Shown here: piece by piece, positions 50,216-60,634 of the stretch
Numbering within the stretch: the first letter of the stretch is position 1
How the letters are laid out: each line of letters starts with the position of its first letter
Assembly: GCA_039588295.1 (NCBI GenBank)
Contig: JBDHAB010000003.1
Span: 32,001 to 96,000 of the forward strand
Source: Gemmatimonadota bacterium
Lineage (GTDB): Bacteria > Gemmatimonadota > Gemmatimonadetes > Gemmatimonadales > GWC2-71-9
DNA: 64,000 bases
Direction: 5' to 3'
Program-made: the position numbers and the translations under genes
Notes under the pieces: generated by a model
What the model saw: the letters and a program-made list of their open reading frames with translations, nothing else
Databases searched by the model: none
What the model was told of the DNA's origin: nothing

Positions 50216-51538
50216 ATGACCGGCGACGGATTGACAGACAGACGGGGGGACGGATTGGAGGGTGGTGAGCAGGCAACCGCCCAACCGTCCAACCATCGAT
50301 CCGTCCTCCCATCGATCAAGCCAGTAGCGCGCCGTGCGGTCTTCCCCGCGTTGCGCCACCGCAATTTCCGATTGTACTACGTCGGGTTCGTCGTGTCGTT
50401 GGCCGGTACGTGGATGCAGCGGGTAGCGCAGTCCTGGCTGGTGCTGGAGCTCACCGACTCGGCGTTCTACGTCGGGCTGGTCGATGCGCTGAGCATGATG
50501 CCGGTTCTGGTGTTCACGCTCTACGCCGGAGTGTTGGCGGACAGATTCCCAAAGCGACGGCTAGTGGTGATGACGCAGTCGGGTGCCATGGTGCTCGCGC
50601 TCACCCTCACGGCACTGGTCTTTGCCAACGTCGTGGTGCTATGGCACATCGTCACGATTGCCGCACTGATGGGACTGGCACAGGCATTCGACATTCCTGC
50701 CCGCCACGCGTTGATGGTCGAGCTGGTCGGCACGGAGGATCTGACTAATGCCATCGCTCTCAACTCCTCGGCGTTCAATGCGACACGGGTGGTGGCACCG
50801 GCGGTGGCCGGAGCGCTCATCGCCACCGTCGGCGTTGGTGTGTGCTTTCTGATCAACGGCGTGTCGTACATCGCCGTGATCGTCGCACTACTCGTAATAC
50901 GGTTGCCGCCATTCCGGCGGCCGGATAGCACGGCGTCTACCTGGCAACACTTGCGCGACGGACTGCACTACGTGCTCTCGGACGTCCGGAGCCGAACGTT
51001 GGTGCTCAACATCGCCACGTTCAGCGTGTTCGGGCTCCCCACGTTCGTGTTGATGCCCGTCATGGCTCGAGACATGCTAGGTCAAGGTGCCGAGGCCTAC
51101 GGCTGGATGATGTCTGCGGTGGGTCTGGGAGCGCTCGCCGGCGCCCTTGGACTCGCCGTATTCGGACACCGGCTCCGGCGCGGCCCGCTCGTGACCTGGG
51201 CCGCGACGGCCTTCGGCATCATGGTGGTCCTGTTTGCCTTGTCCCGATCCCTCGCGCTCAGCCTCGTGATTCTCGTCGTGCTCGGGTTCGTCACGTTCTT
51301 CACCACGGCCCTAACGAATACGCTGCTGCAAACGATTGCGCCCGATGCATTGCGGGGACGCGTCGTCTCGTTTTACGTGTGGGCGTTTCTCGGACTGGGG
51401 CCGTTTGGAGCGCTGCAGGCGGGAGCGGTGGCTGAGAGAATCGGCACCGGGAACGCCTTGGCGCTCGGCGGCGTCATCTGCACGATCGTCGCCGCCTCGA
51501 TGCTGCTGCGATCACGGCACTTGCGGGAAACGGCGTAG
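50216..51538 (+). CDS. MFS transporter
   Basis: ALRHRNFRLY, GTWMQRVAQSWLV, GVLADRFPKR, NAIALNS, LRGRVVS. Confidence 0.9.
   Translation: MTGDGLTDRRGDGLEGGEQATAQPSNHRSVLPSIKPVARRAVFPALRHRNFRLYYVGFVVSLAGTWMQRVAQSWLVLELTDSAFYVGLVDALSMMPVLVFTLYAGVLADRFPKRRLVVMTQSGAMVLALTLTALVFANVVVLWHIVTIAALMGLAQAFDIPARHALMVELVGTEDLTNAIALNSSAFNATRVVAPAVAGALIATVGVGVCFLINGVSYIAVIVALLVIRLPPFRRPDSTASTWQHLRDGLHYVLSDVRSRTLVLNIATFSVFGLPTFVLMPVMARDMLGQGAEAYGWMMSAVGLGALAGALGLAVFGHRLRRGPLVTWAATAFGIMVVLFALSRSLALSLVILVVLGFVTFFTTALTNTLLQTIAPDALRGRVVSFYVWAFLGLGPFGALQAGAVAERIGTGNALALGGVICTIVAASMLLRSRHLRETA
50224..50322. repeat. 4/8-nt periodic palindromic repeat, copy C (MFS 5' end)
   Basis: GACGGATT GACAGACA GACGGGGG GACGGATT ... 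AACCGCCC AACCGTCC AACCATCG ATCCGTCC TCCCATCG. Confidence 0.7.
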
Positions 51539-51548
51539 GCGGACCGGG

Positions 51549-52181
51549 CTACCACCCCCTCGCCCGTGCAGCCACAACGATCAGGTCCGCCGCTTGTGCG
51601 TAACTGAACACTCCCGTGTTCACCACGAGATGGTAGTTCCCCGGGTCCTCCCATTCCCGATCGTAGTACGTTTTGACGTACCGCCGCCGTCCCCCGTCAG
51701 TGCGTTCAACTGCACGTTCGGCATCCTTCTTGGTAATGCCGAGTCGCTTCATCGCCGCCTCGGTGCGCTGCTCCCGCGGCGCCACGATGAACACGTGCAA
51801 GGAGTCGATCCGTTGGGCCAGACACGCCTGCGCCCCGCGCCCGACGAGAATGAGATTGCGCTCCGCTTGAACGGTTTGCTCGATCACGGCCTCGGTCGCC
51901 CGCACCAGGTCGTTTTCATTGGTGAAACGATCCCCCGGTGCCGCGCCCGCTGCCACGAACACCTCGGGCGAGGATATCGCCAGTGCGCGCGCAAGTCGCT
52001 CAGCGAGCCCCGGTACTTGTTCTTCCCGCTCTTCTACCTCCTTGCGCGGCACGCCTGCCTGCTCGGCGACGCGATCGACGAATTCGTTGTCGATGAGCTG
52101 CCATCCGAGCCGCTCCGCCACGAGCCGAGCGATGTTCGAGCCGCCGGAGGCGTATTGGCGCGAAATCGTGATGATCGGCAT
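51549..52181 (-). CDS. Cytidylate-kinase-like family protein
   Basis: ITISRQYASGG, LVGRGA, D..RRRY...Y, YHLVVNT. Confidence 0.85.
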   Translation of the reverse strand: MPIITISRQYASGGSNIARLVAERLGWQLIDNEFVDRVAEQAGVPRKEVEEREEQVPGLAERLARALAISSPEVFVAAGAAPGDRFTNENDLVRATEAVIEQTVQAERNLILVGRGAQACLAQRIDSLHVFIVAPREQRTEAAMKRLGITKKDAERAVERTDGGRRRYVKTYYDREWEDPGNYHLVVNTGVFSYAQAADLIVVAARARGW

Positions 52182-52193
52182 CGGCGGTCGTCG

Positions 52194-53663
52194 CTAGCCG
52201 AACAGCGGTTGCCCCCCGGCGGAGGGTCCAAGCCCGCCGATCCCGCCGGATCGCGCTCGGGCATAGCCCAACTCATCCGTCCGTGAGATGCGCTTGTGCG
52301 CCACCAGGCCCTCCAGGATGAGCTCGCAGGCTGAAACAGCAGGTGCGGGATCCGATCGGTTGGCAAGCCCGGCGAGCTCGACGGCGTCCAGCAAGCCGGG
52401 CACCGTGGAGAACCCCTTGAGGCAGAGAGGCGAGCGCTCGTTCGGCGAGACCTTTAACGCGCCACCTTGATCGAACCACTCGACCACGGCGTCGCAGTCG
52501 AGCCCGCCACAGCGCGCGTCAAACGTCTGTCCCGCCGCCCGCCGCACGAGATCGCGTGCAATGGTGTCCGCGCCCTGGAGCTCTCCCTCGTACTCGAGTT
52601 CGATCTTGCCCGTTATGGCAGGGAGCGCGCTGTACACGTCCGAGAGGCGGGGGACAATCCGGTCCTCTTTCGACCGGATACCGCGTTGCTCCGCGTTCGA
52701 TACCACGTTTTCGAGTACGGCTATTGGAAGGCGCTGACTTACCCCCGAACGGCCATCGATTCGCTTGTCGGACCTGGCTTCGAAGGCAATCCGCTCGACC
52801 AGCTCCTTGATGAAGTCGGGGATCTCAATGGCGCGACCGTCGCGCTCGGTCCAGGCCTCCTGCCCCGTGATCTGCATCCCATACTCGACCGTCGGCGGAT
52901 AGTGCGTGAGAATCTCGCTTCCGATGCGGTCCTTGAGAGGTGTGATGATCTTGCCGCGGGCCGTGTAGTCCTCGGGGTTCGCGGAGAAGACCAGCAGCAC
53001 ATCGAGGGCCAGACGGATCGGATATCCTTTGATCTGAACGTCACCCTCCTGCATGATGTTGAAGAGGCCCACCTGAATCTTCCCGGCGAGGTCGGGCAAC
53101 TCGTTGATCGCGAAGATGCCGCGGTTGCTCCGAGGGAGCAGGCCGTAGTGGATGGTCAACTCATCGGAGAGCAGGTGACCACCCCGCGCGGCCTTGATCG
53201 GGTCTACATCGCCGATCATGTCCGCGATCGTGACGTCCGGCGTCGCGAGCTTTTCCACGAATCGCCGGTGCCTCGGGATCCACTCGATCGGCGTCCGGTC
53301 ACGGTGTTCATTCAGCAGCTGGCGTCCGGACTTAGAGATCGGATGAAACGGGTTGTCGTTGACCTCACTCCCGGCGATGATAGGGATCTCCTCATCGAGC
53401 AAGCTCACGAGCTGTCGGAGGATCCGGCTCTTGGCCTGTCCGCGCAGACCGAGCAAGATGAGATTGTGGCGTGCCAGCAGCGCATTCACGACCTGAGGTA
53501 CAACGCTCTCCTCGAATCCCACGATACCGGGAAACACCTCCCGACCCATCTCGAGCAAGCATATCAGGTTGTGACGCATCTCGTCTTTCACGGAGCGGTT
53601 GTGCACCTGCGGATCGCTCCAGGCCGTCTGCTTGAGTTCCCCCAACGTCTGTGGCTTGGTCAT
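52194..53663 (-). CDS. Magnesium-chelatase-subunit-I-like AAA+ ATPase
   Basis: GLRGQAKS Walker A, EKLATPD, INELPDL, ANPEDYT.RG.IITPLKDR. Confidence 0.88.
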   Translation of the reverse strand: MTKPQTLGELKQTAWSDPQVHNRSVKDEMRHNLICLLEMGREVFPGIVGFEESVVPQVVNALLARHNLILLGLRGQAKSRILRQLVSLLDEEIPIIAGSEVNDNPFHPISKSGRQLLNEHRDRTPIEWIPRHRRFVEKLATPDVTIADMIGDVDPIKAARGGHLLSDELTIHYGLLPRSNRGIFAINELPDLAGKIQVGLFNIMQEGDVQIKGYPIRLALDVLLVFSANPEDYTARGKIITPLKDRIGSEILTHYPPTVEYGMQITGQEAWTERDGRAIEIPDFIKELVERIAFEARSDKRIDGRSGVSQRLPIAVLENVVSNAEQRGIRSKEDRIVPRLSDVYSALPAITGKIELEYEGELQGADTIARDLVRRAAGQTFDARCGGLDCDAVVEWFDQGGALKVSPNERSPLCLKGFSTVPGLLDAVELAGLANRSDPAPAVSACELILEGLVAHKRISRTDELGYARARSGGIGGLGPSAGGQPLFG

Positions 53664-53739
53664 GTGATCGTTAGCACCTCAGGAGTCGGCTGTGGCCGTG
53701 GTATGCCCGCCGTTATATACCCACCGTGGAGAGACGCGT

Positions 53740-56082
53740 TCAAGCCCGTCGCAGAACGATGCCCACCAGCCGGAAGGCGACGACCGCGTGAGCGGGAATG
53801 GGAAACGCGACGCCGTTCGGTACGGCGGTTGCTTTCTCAGTCGTGTCCCGCTCGAGCAGGTCCGTCCGTCTTGCTTCCTCAAACGCCAGTAGCCCGTGGC
53901 CGAGGGTCAGGTATCGGTCCACTCCGCTGAGATCCTGTATGTAGGCGATCATGCCGTTCCCATCGTCTGCCCGTTTGAGCCCCAGGATGACGGCGTCGGG
54001 TTGGTCCAACGTCACGAGACTGCCGAATCGCGGAAGCAACCCCGAGCCACGCCCGGCAATCGGGACGGGCAACAAGGGTTCCGTGCTCCACCCGAATCGC
54101 GCACACTCGGCGATGTCGACGGGGCGATCGGCGACCGCCAAACGGTAGCGACTACGTCCGGCAGGGGCCGGGCTCACGATTGTCCCGTTGCTGCGCACGG
54201 TGGTCCAAGGCGCATGCATCCCCCGGAACAGCACCGATGCACCCTCCGATTCCACCGCGAGCCAGCGAAGGTGCGCAACGTGCCGCACCGGAGCCCGCCA
54301 TTCCCCGAACCCGGCCGGCGTCTCCCACCGTACGGTCGGTGAAGGAAGGTCGAGCGCGAATCGGTACTCGGTGGTCGCTCCACGATCCCGGCGAACCTCG
54401 TTCTGAATGTCGATCCAAGGAAGCGAGTCGTACACGCTCATGACCGAGCGAAAATCGCCGAGGTCAGAGCTCCACCGGTCGGCGATCAAGCGTTTCCCGA
54501 ACCCGGGGATGTCCTCGCGCGTGACCCGCTGGAGGATCGAGCCGCGGACGGTGTTGAGACCCTGTGTTCCCGACCACTCGCGTTCCCGCGGCAAGGTCGC
54601 GAGCGAGGCGATCGCGCCGGTGACGCGATCGAGTGCAACACGCAATCCAGCGGTCTCAATGAACGGACTCGATACGGCATGCTCCGTGCGAACCGGCAGC
54701 GGCTCCAAGGCGCGCTCGACAATGAACGCGTATCCGAGTGGTGGAATGTCGGTCACGAGCTGGGGTCGTTCCGCTGTGAGCGTGCTGACATCGGTGCGCC
54801 GAAACGGCGTCGTGTTGATCACGAGGTGACCGGGGAAATCCGTCTCGATAGCGTTGGCGACCGCGGTTGCCGCGGCGGTTCCCGGTGGGTGGCCGAGCAG
54901 TTCCGCCAGCGGCTCGAGCACCACTGCCGCCCGAGCGGACGCCGACGCAGCGTGCCGGTCGCCCGCCAATCGAAGCTCCAGGGCTGTTGGCGGGTCACTT
55001 GATGTAACGGCTGGGACGCGCACGACCGGCACGCGCTCCGGAGAACGCGTGTCAAGGTGCGCTTCGAACTCACCCACGGCACCGGCGAGGATCTTGGGAT
55101 ATGCGTAGGAGGCGTTCCAACGGCGCACCGCCGCCGCGCCAAGGTGTAGGTCTTCATCGAAGCTCGCCGCGGCGACAACGGTCAGTGCTCGAGGGATTGT
55201 CGAAGGTCGGGCAGTCTGCGGCAGGAGGCTGGGCGTTTCCGCCAACCACTGTTCGATCTGCCGTCCCATCGCGGCCGAGTCAGTCCCAAAACGTAGTGAC
55301 TCGGGGTCGCCGCCGGGCGGCACCTGCGCGACCAGAATTCGGGACTGGTCGGGCGCCTCCCACCACTCCAGCGACTCACCCGGCCCCGCTGGGCGGACCG
55401 CATAGCGTATCCCGGTTCCTGCGAGCGCCTGGAGTGCTGCGGGAATCATGGTTTCCGGATGCGTGATGAACGCGACGGGACTCACCGGAACCCCGTATCC
55501 AGTTTCGAGCCGCAGCGCCTGTTCGCCCATACGGAGGAGCGCAAGGTGATCGAGGAGCGGGGTTCGGCTTGGAGCTCCGAGGGGATTTCCGCGCACTCCC
55601 GCCTCCAGCAGTGTCGCCGTTCGTACGGCTCGCGCAATCGGCGCTGCACCGGCGAGCTGTTCAGCGAGCCCCCTGGGATCCGCCACAGTGAACCAAAGGA
55701 TTGTCCACCGCGGCCGAGGTTGAAGGCGATGCTGAGCGCGCAGGACACCGCGAACTCCGGGTGCCTCGAGCTCGGTCGTTATGGACCGCTCGCGGTCGAT
55801 GGGGAGCCAGAGTTCGCCGTACATTCTGCCCTGCGATCGCAACACGCCCGCGGTGCCGAGCAGACGTCTTCGTCTCCCGTATACCCGAAGCCTGGCGGCA
55901 GCAGCATCGACACCGGTGACGACAAACCGCACCAGGTTTGCCTGTCCGTCGGGCTGACCGTAGAAGACGGTCGCCTCGGCATCGACACGGGGGGCCGCCC
56001 CAGATACGGACCGCCAGCCCCAGGCTCCCACCGCGAGGCGGGTGAGTGAGGAGAGGAACTCGCGTCGACCGCTCGTCACCAC
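53740..56082 (-). CDS. Tat-exported protein resembling GH38 (alpha-mannosidase) middle and C-terminal domains
   Basis: GRREFL Tat motif; WNASYAYPKI, LVTDIPPLGYA, TGAIASL, LKRADDGNG..DLLE. Confidence 0.6.
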   Translation of the reverse strand: MVTSGRREFLSSLTRLAVGAWGWRSVSGAAPRVDAEATVFYGQPDGQANLVRFVVTGVDAAAARLRVYGRRRRLLGTAGVLRSQGRMYGELWLPIDRERSITTELEAPGVRGVLRAQHRLQPRPRWTILWFTVADPRGLAEQLAGAAPIARAVRTATLLEAGVRGNPLGAPSRTPLLDHLALLRMGEQALRLETGYGVPVSPVAFITHPETMIPAALQALAGTGIRYAVRPAGPGESLEWWEAPDQSRILVAQVPPGGDPESLRFGTDSAAMGRQIEQWLAETPSLLPQTARPSTIPRALTVVAAASFDEDLHLGAAAVRRWNASYAYPKILAGAVGEFEAHLDTRSPERVPVVRVPAVTSSDPPTALELRLAGDRHAASASARAAVVLEPLAELLGHPPGTAAATAVANAIETDFPGHLVINTTPFRRTDVSTLTAERPQLVTDIPPLGYAFIVERALEPLPVRTEHAVSSPFIETAGLRVALDRVTGAIASLATLPREREWSGTQGLNTVRGSILQRVTREDIPGFGKRLIADRWSSDLGDFRSVMSVYDSLPWIDIQNEVRRDRGATTEYRFALDLPSPTVRWETPAGFGEWRAPVRHVAHLRWLAVESEGASVLFRGMHAPWTTVRSNGTIVSPAPAGRSRYRLAVADRPVDIAECARFGWSTEPLLPVPIAGRGSGLLPRFGSLVTLDQPDAVILGLKRADDGNGMIAYIQDLSGVDRYLTLGHGLLAFEEARRTDLLERDTTEKATAVPNGVAFPIPAHAVVAFRLVGIVLRRA

Positions 56083-56194
56083 GGCACCCCGTTGCGTGTG
56101 AAGCTGGCGATTCCCCCCGGGGGGGCGTAGGCTTCGTCATGGGCTTCGTTCAAGCTACGGCGCTCCTTGGTCGACCGACGGGGACGAGAGGCAG

Positions 56195-56371
56195 ATGAAA
56201 CAGGCAATCACATGGCTTGTCGTGGCGGCCGTCATCGGCTGTGCCGGATCGGAACGCACCGACCGCATCGAGGAAGGGGACGTTCCGTCGGCGACACCAA
56301 TGGATGTGGACACGGTGGCGCCCGATACCGTCATGGCCAGAGACACCGCCCGCCTCGGCAGAGCCCGTTAG
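56195..56371 (+). CDS. Small lipoprotein (58 aa)
   Basis: Below ORF-track cutoff: MKQAITWLVVAAVIG-C-AGSERTDRIEEGD..., with lipobox and GAGAGG RBS. Confidence 0.6.
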   Translation: MKQAITWLVVAAVIGCAGSERTDRIEEGDVPSATPMDVDTVAPDTVMARDTARLGRAR

Positions 56372-56467
56372 CGCAGGGATGACCTGGCGGCGGTGGTCAG
56401 CCTCGGCGTCCTCTCCGCCGGAGCGATGGGACTGGTTTGCGACCGTTGTCGGCGTTCACTGGGGCCG

Positions 56468-57880
56468 CTATTCGAGTGAGAAGAAACTCGCCAGGCGCTC
56501 ACGGTGATCGATGGGTACATACTCGCCGCTCTCCGCATGCACCTGGTACTCACCGAGATAGCCACCGCTGGCGACTACCTCGAGCATCTCTACCAGTCGG
56601 TCAACGTCCTCGGTCGTGTTGTAGCAGCCGAAGCTCGCCCGCACCATACCAGGCATCTCGGACTTGTCCCCACTGAGGACCCGGGCCTTCCACCGGGTCT
56701 GCTCCGCCTCGGGTAGGTTCAGCAGATGGACGACGTACGGGTGGGCACAGAAGCAGCCGCTGCGCACGCCGACCCCACCTTCGTACCCGAGGATGGCCGC
56801 CACCAAGTAGTGTGAGATGCTCTCGAGGTTGAACGGAATGACACCAAGTCGTTGATCGCTCCGCCGTGGATCGGTGTCTCCGTAGAGCCGGATACGCGGG
56901 ATCGAGCGCAGGCGCTCGAGCGCATACGCAGTGAGATGTGCCTCGTGTGCGGCCACCGTATCCATCCCCAGGTCCATCAGTACCTGGGCGGACTTGGCCA
57001 TCGCCATGGCGCCGATCACGTTGGGGCTGCCGGCCTCATCGCGGTCAGGCATGGCGGCCCAATGCACTTCGTTCAGCGTGACGACGTCGACCGTGCCTCC
57101 GCCGGGGTATTCGGGCCCTGACTGGAGGAACAACTCCTTGGGGCCGATCAAGGCGCCTGTGCCGAAGGGGGCGTACATCTTGTGGCCGGCGAGCGCCACA
57201 AAATCCAGGTGTTCCGGGTCGTCGTCCGGCTTCATGTCGATCCGACGGTGGGGAGCGAGTTGTGCTCCGTCCACCATGATCCTGGCTCCCACGTCGTGCG
57301 TCAGGCGCGCCAACCGGTGCACCGGCTGGAGCAACCCTGTGACGTTTGAGGCCGCCGTTACCGCGACGAGCGCGATTCGGCCCGCATGGTTCTGTAGCTG
57401 GCGTTCGAAATCCTCTTCGTCCAGGCGACCATCGGCCGTCGCCCCCACGTGCACGACTCGGGCGCGGTTGCGCCACGGAAGATCGTTGGAATGGTGCTCC
57501 ATGATCGTGGTGATGACTACGGAGTCGGAGTCCAACGGAAGTCGGTAAGAGAGCTTGTTGATCGCTTCGGTCGTGTTCTTCCCGAAGATCACCGTGTGTG
57601 TCTCAGGGTTTGCGTCGACGAACCGCGCGATGATCTCATGAGCCTGGTCATACACCAAGGTGCTCAATCGCGACTTGAATCCGGAGCCGCGGTGCACACT
57701 CGAGTAGTATGGAAGGAAACGCTCGACCGCCTCCGCGACGTCCTTGAGTGTTGGGGTGGTCGCTGCGTTGTCCAGGTTGATGTACGGCGCGAGGCTGCCA
57801 TCGAGCACGGGAACCATGTGATCGAGTCCCAAGACGCGCTCGCGCATTCCCTGCGTCTGCGCAGCGGTCGTTCCGGTCAT
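56468..57880 (-). CDS. PLP-dependent cysteine desulfurase / selenocysteine lyase (class V, SufS-like)
   Basis: NLDNAATT, HHSN, DGAQ, GHKMYAPFG, RSGCFCAHP; ATG overlaps the fdhA stop (ATGA). Confidence 0.88.
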   Translation of the reverse strand: MTGTTAAQTQGMRERVLGLDHMVPVLDGSLAPYINLDNAATTPTLKDVAEAVERFLPYYSSVHRGSGFKSRLSTLVYDQAHEIIARFVDANPETHTVIFGKNTTEAINKLSYRLPLDSDSVVITTIMEHHSNDLPWRNRARVVHVGATADGRLDEEDFERQLQNHAGRIALVAVTAASNVTGLLQPVHRLARLTHDVGARIMVDGAQLAPHRRIDMKPDDDPEHLDFVALAGHKMYAPFGTGALIGPKELFLQSGPEYPGGGTVDVVTLNEVHWAAMPDRDEAGSPNVIGAMAMAKSAQVLMDLGMDTVAAHEAHLTAYALERLRSIPRIRLYGDTDPRRSDQRLGVIPFNLESISHYLVAAILGYEGGVGVRSGCFCAHPYVVHLLNLPEAEQTRWKARVLSGDKSEMPGMVRASFGCYNTTEDVDRLVEMLEVVASGGYLGEYQVHAESGEYVPIDHRERLASFFSLE

Positions 57881-60624
57881 GCCGCTCCCCGCATTGATGT
57901 TGGTGGCTCTGCCGGCTCCACGCGCACGGGACAGACCTTGAGTTCCGCGGTGTGTGTAACGGGGTCGTATCCCGACCCTGTGAGAAGGTTCACCGGCACA
58001 TCGGCGAAGCTGAAACTCGCGAAGACCGTGCCACGTGGCGATCGACGGGTTTCCTTCACCTTGATGACCACACAGCCACGCCGGCTGTGCATCCGCGCCC
58101 AGCCACCGTCGTGGAGTCCCCACGCCTCTGCGTCCGTCGGATGCACTTCGAGCGACTCTTCCGAAAGCAGGTAATCGATGCCCGCTGAGCGTCCCGTCTG
58201 CGTCCGAGTGTGGTAGGACTGAAGCCGACGCCCCGTCGTGAGCCAAACGGGATACTCCTCGTCCGTCGTCTCTGCTGGATCGCGATACTCGATCAGCGTG
58301 AAGATGCCACGCCCGTTCTTGAACTCTCGCTGGTGGAGGATCGGAGTGCCCGGATGCCCCTTCTCCGGGACCGGCCACTGAAACTCGCCGTGTTCGATCC
58401 GATCCCAATCGAGGCCGCCATAGATGGGAGAGACGCTGCACAGCTCCTTGAAGATCTCCTGTGGTGACGTGTAATCGAAACCCTCGAAGCCGAGTCGCTT
58501 GGCGATCTGGCTGAGGATCCACCAGTCCGGTCGCGCGTCACCCGGCGGCGTGACGGCGGCGCGGAGGCGTTGCACACGCCGCTCGGTGTTCGTACAGGTA
58601 CCGTCGGTTTCACCCCATGCCGTCGCCGGAAGCACGACATCGGCGAGCTGCGCGGTTTCAGTCAAGAAGATATCGATGACGACGAGGTGATCGAGGCTTC
58701 GCAGGGCATGCTCACAGTGGTGACGGTCCGGATCCGACACGACGGTGTTCTCGCCGTTGATCAGCATGGCACGAATCTGGTCCCCCGCGAGCTGCAGCGC
58801 CGTGACCTTGGTCATGCCCTTTTCGAGGTCGACCTTCCGTCCGTAGACTTTCTCGAACTTCGCTTGGTTGGCGGGATCGGTGACCGCCTGGAACCCGGGG
58901 TAGTTGTTCGGCAGTGCTCCGGTGTCGCCGGCACCCTGGATGTTGTTCTGCCCGCGCATCGGGTTGATCCCGGTCCCCTCACGGCCGATATTGCCGGTCA
59001 TGAGCGCCAGGTTGCAGATGCTCTGGACGTTCTCCACGCCACAGATGTGCTCGGTTACGCCCAACGTGTAGTAGATCGCCCCTCGCTCGGCGCGTCCGTA
59101 CCAGAGCGCCGCGGTCTCGATGTCTCTTGCCGGTACACCGGTGATTGGCTCCGCCCACTCGGGTGGGAACTGCTGTACGTGTTTGAGGAATTTCTCTCCC
59201 TCGACTGTACGGTCGCCGACGAACTGCTCGTCGACTAGGCCCTCTCGAGCGATCACGTGCGCCATGGCCAGAAGCAGAGCGGCGTCCGAGCCGACACGAA
59301 TCGGGAGATACAGATCGGCGAGATCGGCGAGTCCGATTCGCCGCGGATCGGCCACGACCATCTTCGCACCCTTGGCCAGCGCCCGCTTGATGCGGGTGGC
59401 CGCCACAGGGTGGCACTCGGTCATGTTGGTGCCGATGCAGAAGAACACATCGGGCTTCTCCATGTCGACCAAGGGGTTCGACATGGCGCCGCGTCCGATC
59501 GTGGCTGCCAGACCGGCAACCGTCGGAGCGTGTCAAGCACGGCTACAGTTGTCGATGTTGTTGGTCCCTAACCCCGCCCGCACGAACTTCTGCATCGTGT
59601 AGGCGGCTTCGCTTGGCGCGCGACCCGACGCCACCGCGTACACACTGTGGCGGCCGTGGCCGGCCACTGCACGGCGGAGGCATTCCGCCACCCGGTCGAG
59701 CGCCGTGTCCCAGTCCGTCTCGTGCAGCTCACCGTCTCGTTCGCGCACGAGCGGCACCCGCAGACGATCTGGGTGATGCACGAAGTCCCACGCAAACTGG
59801 CCCTTCACGCAGAGCGCCCCTTCGTTTGCGGGACCGTCCATGGCCGGCTGGACTCCGACGATGCGATCTTCCTTGGTCAAGACATCGACCGAACACCCCA
59901 CTCCGCAGTACGGGCAGATCGTTCGCGTCGCCTGGACTTCTCCCGGTACGTCGGCGAAGCGGAGCGCCTTGCGGTCGGCCAATGCCCCTGTTGGGCAGGT
60001 TTGGATGCACTGCCCACAAAACGTGCATGCCGAGTCTTTGAGCAACCCCGCAAATTCGGTCGTAATCTGGGTCTGGAACCCGCGGTTCATGACGTTGATG
60101 GCGTAGTCGCCTTCCTGCTCGGCACAGACCCGCACGCATCGGTAGCACGAGATGCAGAGTTCGTAGTCGCGTAGGATGAACGGGTTGTCGTCATCGAGCC
60201 GGCTGGTGCCGGACCGACTCCCGCGGAAGCGCATCGACCGGGCGCCGTAGCGATCCACCAACGCCGCGAGTTCCTGCGACCCGTAGCCCCGGAGCGGGTC
60301 GACGTCGATCTCACGGTTCTCCGAAGCCACCATCTCCAGCAGTGTCTTCCGGTGCTTGTCGATGGCAGCCGTTCGCGTGCGCACGACCATTCCAGCCGTC
60401 GCCTTTGTGGTACACGATGCCACAGGAAGTCGCGAACCCTCGACTTCGACGACGCAGAGGCGACAACCACCGAAAGATTCGAGGCGTGGGTCGTAACAGA
60501 GGGTTGGGATTTCCGCATCGCATCGCTGCGCGACGTCGTAGATGGTCTCACCGGACGAAAAGGACACCTCCCGCCCGTCCACAATCATCTGCTGCCGCTT
60601 GGCGTCCGTGGGCGTCGCGATCAT
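57877..60624 (-). CDS. fdhA: Selenocysteine-containing formate dehydrogenase alpha subunit (NAD-linked type)
   Basis: The two track ORFs join in frame across TGA 59535-59533: NIDNCSRA-U-HAPTVAGL; 2Fe-2S, two 4Fe-4S, CPYCGVGC, RGQNNIQG and molybdopterin C-terminal domain. Confidence 0.93.
59494..59535 (-). promoter_or_regulatory. Bacterial SECIS element
   Basis: TGA-CACGC-TCCGA-C-GGTTGCC-ggtct-GGCAGCC-ACGA-TCGGA: two-stem hairpin directly after UGA with a GGUCU apical loop like E. coli fdhF. Confidence 0.85.
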
Positions 60625-60634
60625 GCTCTCACCC

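Noticed and set aside
59533..59535. fdhA as two genes or a pseudogene
   Set aside because: The stop is UGA at the catalytic Cys/Sec column and is followed by a SECIS hairpin; read as selenocysteine.
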